NCBI GenBank assembly: GCA_040954595.2
Contig: CM082581.2
Coordinates: forward strand, 6,750,699 to 6,814,698
Direction: 5' to 3'
Origin: Balanoglossus misakiensis
Lineage: Eukaryota; Animalia; Hemichordata
Length of the DNA stretch: 64,000 nt
Shown: one piece after another, positions 25,001 through 64,000 of the stretch
How positions within the stretch are numbered: the first letter of the stretch is position 1
How the letters are laid out: the number at the start of each line of letters is the position of its first letter
Translations under genes and position numbers: made by a program
Notes under the pieces: model-generated
The model's input: only the letters and a program-made list of their open reading frames with translations
The model's database searches: none
What the model was told of the DNA's origin: nothing

Positions 25001-28000
25001 ACTACCACTAAAGATGGAATAATTACACACAACTAAATCCATTAATTTTTTAGAGGTGAACAAGAAGGTCTCCTGACAGACCAAAACTGCCATCTTCAGA
25101 CATTCAGACTACTAACTGTCAACTACAGCAATCCCCCCAGACTACACCATTTCTCCATGAAAGAAGTTGCAGAGATTTCTCAAAAGAAACAGAATTTCAA
25201 AGGATGACTGCAAAGCTGACTTCAGAAAACACCACATATTGCATCTAACTTAACCAACTTACCTTGATTAAGACTGAGGAGATACTCCAGCATAGTTTGA
25301 ACTGTAGTCTCTACGATGTCAGGGTGTGTAGAAATGCCGGCCAACACACTGAACAGGAACTCTGCTGTTGTCGTATTTGACCTATCACCTTGACCTGATG
25401 ATTCTGTGTATCAAAACATCAATTTAACACCATATATTACATTTCATTAATCTTGCATATGAGGGTCATTTGCTTATTTCTCTCTCTATTCCAGTTCATT
25501 TTCATGAAATAAGATTTTTCGCTTATGGAACAGACTGCGACTCTAACCCACACTTATAACAACATCTAGCCACTGAATCATAAACAAAACCACATGGTTT
25601 TGGCTTCCAACACTACATGGTCAAAAAATGTAACACCACCTGAATACTCACGTTCCTTCACTGATCAATCTGGGCTGCATGTACTTACCACATTTCAACT
25701 GCTTCACAAATACAGGCAGTGTTTTTTCCTTGATCACAGTCGGGAATTCCGATGCCATGAATGCCAAGGCACATATTGCTTCTTTCCTGGAAAGATTGAA
25801 AATGAAAATGCAAAGTTGTACTCTGTCAATATGGCTTAGGGAATATGGCCTTCCACTGTTGAGTGGGAAACTTATAGTGAAACATTGAAATTCCAATACA
25901 TGATTAAATCTTTCAGGGTAATGTAAATCAGTTGAAAACTTTTCACTACAAAAAGGAGTTACCATTGAACCATTTCACACGACATACCTACCTAACTTTG
26001 TCCTCCCGATCACCGAGTACAATATTCGTCAAGTGTTCAGCCGACAGCTGTATCTCATTGTCTGTTAACAACCCCGCCAGAGACATCAGTCCAACCAAAC
26101 CACTCAGGCCGATGCATTTTAACTGGCTGTCGCTGTCACTGAGAAGTGATACTAAAACAGTAACCAGGGAGTCCTTGTACGGCAACACTGGGCTAGGGGT
26201 GTCTTCTGTAAAGCTGAAGTCCTTGCAGACTTTCATGAACTCCAAGGTGATGCTCAGAATAGTGACTCGTAGACTGGCCTGTGAAATACAAGAGACAAAA
26301 TAGCTTAAAGCAGTTTCCATGGAAATGACTAGAATCATCTGCACATACTAGTCTAGCTCTGTTAATTTTATTGTCATCAAATATTTCATCTTTATTTCAA
26401 GCTGACATGCCGTGATTTGTGGACACCCACCTGTGTGTGTTTGTGGAACTGTTCCAGCAACAGTGGCAGGACACTGGTGAGGATCTTGTAGCACGCGGGG
26501 TCTGAGGCTCTGGCCGCCGCTTGCAATAACCTTCCCGTTGGCCACATCAGTTTCAATCCGGGTTCCCGCAAATGTCGACTGCAATCTGCAAGATCCGAAA
26601 ACCACGGTAACCAGAGACTCTGAGTTTGAAACAACTATGAAAGCAATGCTTCTGAAAGCCATTCTTTCTGTAAAGCCTCTGCAAGTTTTTACATTCAACT
26701 TGGGACACGTGAACTTTGAACTTTTTAAAAAGATGTACCTGTCAACATGGTCTGTAGGAATTCATCCAAGGAGCCAGATGACTTGGAAGTGTCGGTGACC
26801 GCGTTGGACAGTGTTCGGACAATTGCACATAGACAGTTCAAAACAACTTGTTCAAAATCTTCATCAAAGGCTTGGTATGTCTGAAAAAAAATTGTTGACA
26901 AAAGTTATGATAAATGTATGTTGATCTTGCAAATGGTGTGGATAATTTTATAAATTGACTTGAGAACAAACTATGCTGAGATCAGCAGTTCATTGAAACC
27001 AAACTATATAGAGACCCACCTCTTGTCTTATGGTAGACCAGAGTGCTGGCAGAAAATCTTTAAGGGCCTCAGCACCATACACTTCACTGCATGCAGACAG
27101 CGTTTGGAAACAGTCCACTTTAGCACTCTGTATGTCCGACGACAGCTTTTCCATGATCAAGGGTAAACACAACTACAAGAGAATGGAAGAGGTCAATTTA
27201 TATAGTACAATGTAGCTGCAATGATGAATATTTCAATTGAATGTATCATTCAATTCTTAAAGAATAACGGGAACTCAAGCAATAGACAAAAACAAAAATT
27301 GAGTAGATCACAGTACGAATGCATGTCTGTATGTATAGCCACATTCCTTCCAAAATGTGTGTGTGTGGGGGGGGGGGGGGGGACTGATGCCAATGGAGAC
27401 ATATTACTTATCAAATACTTGTACTTACCTCTGCAAACTTGGGTGTCGCAGCCAGACACTTCCTAAGAGCTAAGACAAGCTCTTCTTTTGTCACTCCATA
27501 TGGGTCATTAGGGGGTGGCTCGAAATCAATTGGAAAGTAACATGATGTCACTTCAAACAGTTCCTCACTAAAAACATCTGCATCCAAATAAAAAAAGGTG
27601 TTCATTTTTTTCAGACAATGATGAAAACAATATTTCGGGATGGACAAATAGTGGTAGCAATGGTAATGTTATAACAATTTCAACGAACAGGATTGCTACC
27701 TTTTGACCAAAATAGTGTCAAAGGCTAGAGACTTCTCCCTTCAAAAAGAGAACACATGACATACCTATTGGAAAATTGTGAATGATAATTGGTACACATC
27801 TGAATACTATTGTCAAATTCCTGGGATCTTTCTCTCCATCCATTGCCTGGATATAGCCAAAGACAAAATCTCTGCCTAGCGTCTTCAGAGCTGAAAATGC
27901 ATATAGAATGGTTTGTTGTTGGCTGGCAGGTGGTAAAGGCATTGGGTGTGATTTGCCAGGGAAAATAGATATCAGCAAAACAAGGTCAAGACATGAGGCA

Positions 28001-29513
28001 ATAGAAGCTCTGAAATGAATTTTTGCATCTGGTGAATACTGATGTCTTCTGCACTGATGTCAACTCACCACTGAGCCTTGTGTCTAGAAAATTGGAATAT
28101 ATGGTGTAGGCAGTTCTCCGATCAACTTGCACCATCATTTGCACGTGGACTTCTTTGAACATAGCTCGTACTATTTCTAACTCACTCCCTTCGGGTAAAT
28201 TGCTGCAGGTACTCTACAGAGAAGACAAAACACACAAGGTGTATTTATGTACAGATAGTTGCCACATGTCATTTCCTATCTTGTACCATACAGTACTGAT
28301 CACACAGAAAAGTGTGCGCACACCCTGCAACAACTGAACACTGTCTACCCAATCAAAGACATCCCTGGACAGTATATGGAAGACAATAGGAATATTCTCT
28401 CCTGGTAATATTTTTTATCCTTATAGGGTAATTCACTTCCATTTCAATTGTGTAATACTCTACAGTGCCCATGTTTAAAATTTCCCACTTGCTATAAAAT
28501 TTCTTGTCATTTATTTCTCCTCGACTTACCAGTGCCAGCAGTCCCAGCAATGTATGTGGAGTTACCGAGTAATGATCCTTGAGTCTGTCACAGTAGAATG
28601 TACTCAAGACCCTGGCTATTGAAGAAAACAGAGGGAAATGTTTGTCAGGTTGACTGTAACACACAAGAAATTGTCACAAAGCAAGATCTTCAAATCCAGG
28701 CACCAGCTGATTCTTTTCTAACATATCACAATATTCTACCTTGTGAGATTAATTAATAAGTAGCATTTGGTGTACCTTCATCAGTGTTGAGGAAATTTCT
28801 TGGCAGTCTGCTTAGCACTTCTGACAGTAGTCTGGTTCCCCTACATCTTGTATTGTTATCTTCGCTTGTCAAATATTGTCTGTTAGAAGAATAAGTATTA
28901 TGAATGATGTTTTCAAAAGCATATTTCTGTGACAATTATCACAATGCATGTACATTGTACGTACATAACTTAGAGGCAAGAATAAGTCCATGTTCAGCTA
29001 CAAGGGTGGGGTATGCGTCCAAAGGGTAAATGCCCAGGGGGTTATGATTTTACATAAGGCTTGTTTTACTTACCCCAACTTTTCAACCAGATGCAATATC
29101 TTAATTTCCGATGCATGAATTGCTGTAAAAGATTGTCAAAAGATATCAGTGAGACCAAAGGCACACGGCACGATCGCTTTGCGATGGTCGCGAAGCGATC
29201 GTGCCGTGTGCCTTTGCAAACATGTATCTATGGAAACGCATCTGTAAACAATCATTGGTGCGAGGAGATGTTGATTACCCGGCCCCAACGGTACAGATGC
29301 GTTTCCACAGCTGACAGACTGGGCTGTACGCAGGGCTAACTATCCCATGCCAGCTTCCCAGCATTTGTGTGAAATAGAGTTCCGTTTAAAATACAATTCC
29401 TTCTTAAAATGAAATTCAGAATGTTTCTAACCCTTTACAATAACAGGTAGATCGCCTTCTTGTTGTCCTCTGATGTAGTTTTCAGCAGCGTTAACCCACA
29501 TGGACGCCGCCAT
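22088..29513 (-). CDS. MMS19: MMS19 cytosolic Fe-S assembly (CIA) targeting complex component, about 1022 aa
   Basis: 22 exons in phase, 3069 nt: 29513-29432, 29122-29074, 28879-28776, 28615-28530, 28213-28069, 27890-27765, 27577-27429, 27172-27020, 26880-26739, 26585-26431, 26278-25992, 25786-25689, 25403-25263, 24971-24725, 24393-24291, 24065-23867, 23691-23573, 23485-23242, 22980-22730, 22587-22528, 22399-22299, 22115-22088. Signature motifs MDGEKDPRNL, EELFEVTSCYFPIDF, KSLVLRGHP, MYRQRFF and LDDKKRLVRKEAV. Confidence 0.96.
29156..29307. repeat. Two inverted repeats (hairpin element) in MMS19 intron 1
   Basis: 29156-29216 forms a 29-bp stem with one T/G pair and a 3-nt loop. 29231-29246 and 29292-29307 are a perfect 16-bp inverted pair. 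Confidence 0.85.
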
Positions 29514-30151
29514 GTTACTTCTCGTCGACAATCACGCGAGATCTACTCTTCCGATGGAGTATACGTCGCGTGGATCATCGTGTGAACTATGTGCAATAAA
29601 ACTGAAATATCATATTGTTAGGTCTCCTCTAAGTATTTGATATCATATTTCGCAAACATGTAAATATAAGACAAAAGTTACTCATATTTGCTTATTAGAG
29701 AAGTGCTTCCGTAACCGGCATCCTAAACCAATAAAATTCTTTATAAGAACGTACACGTAAATTGACCAATCAAATCACCTGTTATACACATTTCCGTTCC
29801 ACCTCGTTAAGACTTTGGGACCCTCTAAGTAAATATAACTTTGCAAGAGTGGTTGGTTATGAAATTGATGTCGTCGTATTTTTGTGCGTAAAAGAAGTGA
29901 GTTCTGTCTACAAATTTGTAGAAATCTGGTAAGATGAGATTTTAATACTGTTTTACTTGGTGACCACTTACATCAGTCGATAAGACCTCACATCCTAAAT
30001 TCTTTTTTTGTTGTCAACGCTAGAGAGCCACTGACGTCATTCGGTGGCCAAAGGACACCGTCGTTGCTCGACACATTTTACTGTCGCCGCAGATGGATGA
30101 TACAAAATAAAAGGGAGCGAGTTAATATAGAGGTGGCCACCCTAAACCATC
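29514..30151. promoter_or_regulatory. Putative bidirectional promoter, MMS19 / UBTD
   Basis: The divergent ATGs are 638 bp apart and the region is CpG-enriched. It has CCAAT boxes near 29728 and 29766, a full CRE tgacgtca at 30032-30039, a YY1-like aacatggcggc over the MMS19 ATG, and a TCTCGCGAGA-like tcacgcgaga near 29532. Confidence 0.65.
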
Positions 30152-41960
<11,809 letters not shown>

Positions 41961-41977
<17 letters not shown>

Positions 41978-42150
41978 TATATGGCCCCAGTGGATATCTG
42001 ATTTATTGCCCCCCACGGATAACTTATATATTGCCCTGTGGATGAGCAACCTATTGCCCTGTGGAGAACTGATATATTGCCCCATGGATGACGTGCATTA
42101 CGACATGGATAACTGGTGCCTAACCCAGTGGATAAATGAAATATCTGTGA
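41961..42150 (+). repeat. Degenerate 21-25 bp minisatellite (about 8 units) starting in the last UBTD codons
   Basis: The consensus ccc(c/t/a)gtggataactgatatattg repeats with increasing divergence to the right. Confidence 0.85.
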
Positions 42151-43284
42151 AGATATCTTGGGTTGGATAAGTTATTATAAATCCCCCCTGCTGATATATC
42201 TTCAAATGGACAGTCTTAATATCTCCTATCCTGGTGATACTACGATTCTGCAGTCTGTGTGCGAATGTTATATTATTCATGGTGGCTTGATGCGTTCTGG
42301 ATCAGACTGGAGAAAATCATGAATTTTTTTATTTGCATTGGCAGATGTCCAGAGAAAGAAATTGAAGAGATCTGTGGACCTTTCTTTTTAGCACTTTTGA
42401 AGAACGAGATTACTTTTTGATGTTATTTACAGAATATACGATTATCCGTTTTGCACACATATTCAGCCGGAATTATGACGCGAAAGTCGACACAACTTGA
42501 AGTGACCCCATAAAGGTGGATAGTTTTAAAGTAAAGCCATAAGTTTATACCCTGCCAAAAGACAGTCTGTCGTTTGAGAAGACACCCAGCCCAGTGCCTG
42601 TGTCCGACCTGCTGGTAAGGTTTACAAGCATAGGCAGGACGTCCCAAGTTTGCGCGATGTGGCTTTCAGTGAATCTGGGAAGGCACCTGGATGGAGCAGG
42701 TCTGAGGGTCATTTTCGGGTTACTGACTGTTCTGAATGAAAGCAGATGTCATGCTGTTATGTCAAGTTGCGTATAAATGTGTTTTTGTAACACACCTCTA
42801 GAATTTCACCTGAATGGCTCATTGCCATGAAAGATTGATTGGAATATGCATGTAGTTTACTTGTGCAAGAATAGGAACAGCTTCAAATTTTATATCGTAT
42901 TTAATTTCTGTTCAAAAAAAAGCTACATCAACATGGCCAATCATTTCTGGCATTTAAATGAGGTGTGTTAGAACGCAAAAGGGCTGTTAGATTTTGTCAA
43001 TAATTTGCTTTATGAGGTTGTTCTGTTTGAAGTCATCACTTTCTGTAAGTAAGAAAGGTGACATAAATATCGCCGGCAGAATACTGTGTGCATTTGAAGG
43101 GCAATATTATTGGGCAATATTTGCATAGCAGGAGAGTAATATTGAAAATATTTACCACATCAAGCATACATTTAAATTTATATATGGAAGGAAAAATCTT
43201 CAAAAAAAATGCAGAAGTAGATTCTCTGTTGTAGTCCGGACAGGTGCTGATGTCTGGAGTAGGTTTAGACATCATTAGTACGTT

Positions 43285-43377
43285 TTAGCCCTTTCACCAC
43301 CATGGTTTGGTCCAAATCCATTGTTTTCTATCGTAGAAGTGAACATCTTTTGGGGGGACTGGGGGTGAAAGGGTTAA
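43285..43377 (+). mobile_element. piggyBac-like MITE (about 90 bp), copy 1
   Basis: tta(g)ccctttcacc...ggtgaaagggttaa: CCC/GGG termini, a short TIR and TTAA-like flanks. The internal atggtttggtccaaatccattgttttct is shared with the other copies. Confidence 0.7.
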
Positions 43378-44706
43378 ATCATTGTGTTTAAAATGTAATT
43401 GTGCCATGGGAGCTATTTTCTAAGCTGCTTATAGTCGTATGCTCAGTGTAAGACCATGCTTAGTGTTAGTGAATAGTGAATATACAGGTGGGGGGGGGGG
43501 GGTCCACATACTAATATCTGTGTACATGTACTCTAACATTAGGCAGTATTGTAATCAGAAGTTCATTTTGAAAAGATTCTGATGGGTAAATGTACAATTA
43601 CTGATCTGTTTTTATTTTTGTGACACTGACTATTTATCATAATGTAGCAGTGACCCTTCAATTTCTCCATCTATATTAATGTCCCTGCTAGAGAAGTTAT
43701 ATTTATCCAGATGACACCCCATCCTGTGATATTTTGCCAGACATGAAAAAAACAACAGATCAAAGTTTCCAGGGTTTACAGGAATACTACCTCAGTTGAT
43801 ATACTAGTATTGGGCACTAGGGAGAATCAAGACCAGGAGAGGGAACGATCATAAATGATTTTTGATTATTCTGTGTTCTGAATCACAGCACTCTCGCTAA
43901 CAGTGTGTTGGGGTGTGTCGTAACAGATACTCATTACTTCATGCTCTGGTAGGCATGTTATGGATGATTTGACTCTGAAGGTGCAAATTTGTCAGCAGAC
44001 AGTGAAGACAATGACTTCAATGCCCCCACTCGACAATCAGATGTCATATTTTATAGTTGTGTAAATACGTAATCTGTTCCCGAATTGTTCACCACTACAG
44101 CAAGAATGTGTCTGGAAATGTTGTCTTTAATGAAGTTGTGAAGAATCGTGTTGTAATATGACCAGAAAAAATAATTTCCTGTTGTGTGCTGTAATGCCCA
44201 TCATTGCGTCAGTACGGCTGTCGCTTCCAAGTCAGTGACCTTACAGGGGTTGATGGATAATGTGATATGTCTGCCATGTGCCCTTTGCAAATGTCAGTAC
44301 ACGTCTGCCTGAAGGGGATTGTGTGCATGTACACGTGATCAAGCAGTGAGGGTTTCTGTTAAGATTTGACGGGGAAGGGGAGCTGTAGCTGGATTTAACA
44401 GACATACCAAGGTCATGGTAGATTCCACTCGTGAATTAGAGTGCAGGAGAAAATTGTTTCTAAAAAACAAAATTATTTTATGTGTGCTTTTCTCTGGGTG
44501 GGTTTACAGATCGATACATTTTTTGTGTCCCAAACAAATCCATAGCCTTGCACTCTTGTTGCCACTGTACCGGGGATTCTAATGAAACCTTTCCAACCAG
44601 ATGCTAGTTACAACAAGAAACTGCTGCAAGGAAGCATGCTAAATTATGATGTACATGTATGTTATATGAGTGACGCACCCAGAACAAATTGCAGAAGGTG
44701 ATTCTC

Positions 44707-44725
44707 TGGCGCCCTCTTGTGGTGA
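44707..44725 (-). promoter_or_regulatory. CTCF-like binding motif
   Basis: The reverse complement reads tcaccacaagagggcgcca, a close match to the CCAC/GC-AGGGGGCGC core. Motif evidence only. Confidence 0.45.
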
Positions 44726-47700
44726 TTTAGCTACATGGCAGCAACACATGGAACAGTGAGCCCAAGGGCCTGTTGGCATATGTATTTGTACTTGGCTGTT
44801 GTTTCAGGCAAGGAGAGGACATGGTTTCGACTTCATTGAAGCTTCTCCGGATTGTAAGCTAAGGGTCCTGGGCCGTAGAATTCCCTGGATGTCAAATTGA
44901 AGTGATTTTGTGAACAGACAACATGTAAAAATGCAGCATAGGTTCCATTTTCTCAGCCAGTATAAATCAAGATCAAGCGTTGCATTCCTTCAAACTCAAC
45001 TAGAGATAATGTAAAAATACTGGAGAATCAAGATCAGGCCATTCTAAATATTTCATGCCATTCCATCATTGGTTTCATTTTCAACAGAATGATTAAAACT
45101 ATGGGCATTATAGATAAAATGGTGAATAGTTATTTTGCATTTTTGGGGTCTTTTAGAATATCAAATTTCTACAGACTTTCCCAATTATGATGTGTTTTCA
45201 ATGTAAATAATACAATCTAAATACTTCTCTTGCAATACTAAAGCTGAATTCTCCCCCCAAGCCCTGAAATTGAGAAATTGCCTATTTTTATAACATCGGC
45301 TAATGAATATGCTGTGAAATCTTTTCAAAGGTGTATGTAATATTTTGCCATCAATTATCCTACCTTTAGATGCAGCTGTTATAGACCACCCTTTTCATTG
45401 ACATAAAGTGAACATATTGCAGTACACAGGGAATGCTACATTGCTGTTACTTTTCTGAACTAAGTAACAAAACACCAATATCTGTGGTACAACTTACAAG
45501 GTATATATAGACCATAATATCAGAAGAAAAAACCCAGAGAGTAGGAACTTTAAATGGATGAAAACCTTTGACAGTTTATCAGATATGTCTGCCTGCATCT
45601 TCAATATGTTACATTAATATGAAAATGTCTCACAAGAACTGTGCAAATAGAAACTATTTATAAGGAAGGTTTTTTATATCATTCAATTTTAGTAATACTG
45701 ATATGTAAATTTGTAAACAAGATACTCATTCTCTCATTTTCAGCCATGAAAGTTTTTAATTTTTATGTGTGCATCAGATTTTTTCAAGCGCTTTAGTTTG
45801 CGCCATGTGCAGGCTTTTGCCAGATCAATACATAATTTGTCAGTGAGGATCTAATAAGAATTCTTTTTCCCACAAGAAGTATCAATTACCATTCATTAAA
45901 GATTTGAAAAATCTATACATTCCTTTTGCTGTCATTGAGTGTCCAACACCATTTTTTTTCTTTCAATAATGTGGTATTCAGTCTGAGACCCACCGTAAAA
46001 CATACAAAGGGCTCTCCCTTGAAAATAATTGATGGTGGTGAGCCACTTCAAGTGATGAGATTTAGAGATCGTGTTTTCAATCTCACAATTATTGTAATTA
46101 AAAATTTGATGGTTTCACAGCTTTTTTCCTTTGCATTTCCTTCCGTTGCTGTTTTCTGCACGGCCAGTTCAAAATATGAATCTTCATTTTTAGACTTTCA
46201 CACAAGAATTCAAAAGTTTGATACCTTTAGAACTCATGGAAAAATACAATGAAATTCAAATTGTATAACATTACACTAGTCTGGCATGTGCCCATGCATC
46301 CTTTCATTTCCAGGAAAATTGAAGTTTTCGTCTTGTGACATGTAATGTGAAATTTCAGTTTTCAGAAGAGCTGCTGTGTGGAAAAGTTGACATTGATCTG
46401 TTTGTGCATAGTTCGCACCCCTGACAACCAGTGGGGACTTGATTGATTACAGAACCTTGGATTGTGGCATGGTTAACTTAGAAACTAGTAACTGTGATGA
46501 TGGTGTCAGTGATCATCTTTGCCCGCCAAGGTCTTAAAGCTAACGACCCGTGCGAGCATACGATGGTTGGTGATGACCTTGCTTGATAGGAACACTGTAC
46601 ATGCATGGTCAATGCTTTTCTCTGCACCAGTCAGGTGTGTGATGTCTGAGTTAAGACTAAACTTGAAGTTGAAGATGAAACTGGAATGCCCCACAAGCCC
46701 CAACCTGAGGAAAAATGCAAAACACACAGCTCAGGCAGATAAGACTAGAAACAGACACGCACAGATGCACTCGCATGCACAATGTCCACAGCAGTATCCG
46801 CTCGAACAATTTTTTGCTCGTATCATAATTTGAGCTGACTGTGTCACAAGCCAGCTGTCAATCATAAGTGAGGTATTATCAGTATCACATTTTTTGTGTT
46901 AAATATTCTAGCTCAGGTTTCTTTTCTTCTTAGCACTCTGAGTAAAAGAACTTCATGTCACATTTAAAAGCCTGTGCAAATCAGGGCCGAATAAATGAAG
47001 TCAAATTTACATATTATAAACTGTGTTATTCTACCTGTTCCAGATATTGTAGGCGGCTTAACTTGAATACAGTGTTGGGAGAATGGAATATGTATCAGGT
47101 TACCGCGGTTGCGTGATTCAGCAGCCCCAGAATTTTCTTGCAAAGTTGTAGTATCAGAATAATTCCACTGGGAGTCCTGTCATTTTCTGATGTCATGTGC
47201 ATAATTTAGGTCTTGAGTACAAGAAGACATGTTTTTATGGCAACCATTTTTTCATATTATGTACAAATGTGCCATTAAAAGATTTCAGCCTGAGCTACTG
47301 GTGTTCTTTGCATCCAAAACATTCACGTCATCATGCGCAGATCTGAAGTATCTTTCCTGTCGTGTCGGTTTTAATTTCCAATTTTTTTCTGTGGATATTG
47401 TGTGAATTTTAACTGATCTCTGTGTAAAAAATAAAATTGAACTTAATAGACTGTTTTACAAGCACAAGAAATAAAATCTAAAGGTATTTATAAGATAATG
47501 TGTTGGTGGTTTGAATGAGTTTGTGAAGTAACGAGAGTGGGCTAGCTATAGCCATCTGTGATCATGACTAGCGCCATCTATAAGGCAATATACGACAAGC
47601 TAGATCCTTTTGTTTTGGGATGTCCAGCTAGTGAGGCTTGTATTACACTGAACCTGTATTCTTAGGCATTTTACCAAATTATTTTCAAAATGACATATTG

Positions 47701-48013
47701 ACAATCACTATACTTCTCTTACAAAACACTTTTTGATCAAAGAACTTAGTCACAGATGTTTGTGGTCTGCTTGGTAACATGTCCTTGTAATTGTTTCAAT
47801 TATTTGACAATCAAATTGCATAATTTTGCTTTTACAGCAACTAACATTGCTGTGTTGTAGGGCTGTTTGCCAATTTGTTACCTGGAATTACAGTTACTGG
47901 GATAAAATTAGCATTAAAACTGGAGAATTTGCAAAGAAGATCAAAAATACACGCATTTATCGAAACGCCACAAGTGTTCAAAATGTGAGAGGGTTATTAT
48001 ATTATGGTCTGTA

Positions 48014-63938
<15,925 letters not shown>

Positions 63939-64000
63939 GTTAGTGTGGGCTGAACCACTTTTTTTTGATAATTATTTTCTTTTGATGATTAATTTATTTT

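Noticed and set aside
42200-47800. Possible additional gene between UBTD and SLK
   Set aside because: No convincing exons. The region is consistent with a long UBTD 3' UTR and spacer, with AATAAA near 46990, 47430 and 47470.

Overview
Intron-rich, AT-rich animal genomic DNA, not prokaryotic. It is probably an invertebrate deuterostome such as a hemichordate or echinoderm; this is inference from gene content and intron positions. Seven spliced protein-coding genes could be rebuilt by hand with GT-AG boundaries and consistent phases: CSNK1A1 (-, 3' part runs off the left edge), EFCAB9 (+), HOGA1 (-), an unnamed 6-finger C2H2 gene (+), MMS19 (-, 22 exons), UBTD1/2 (+) and SLK/STK10 (+, runs off the right edge). 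There are also microsatellites, a piggyBac-like MITE family, a hAT-like MITE and hairpin elements. The most notable points are: (1) a compact ancestral gene block whose human orthologues are split between 5q32-35 and 10q24; (2) a C-terminal CaaX motif on EFCAB9; (3) a CxxC in the HOGA1 active-site loop; (4) a minisatellite seeded on the UBTD stop codon; (5) candidate cassette or poison exons in CK1alpha. No CRISPR array, rRNA, intact tRNA or intact transposase was seen. I found no clearly new biological system; the findings are hypotheses.
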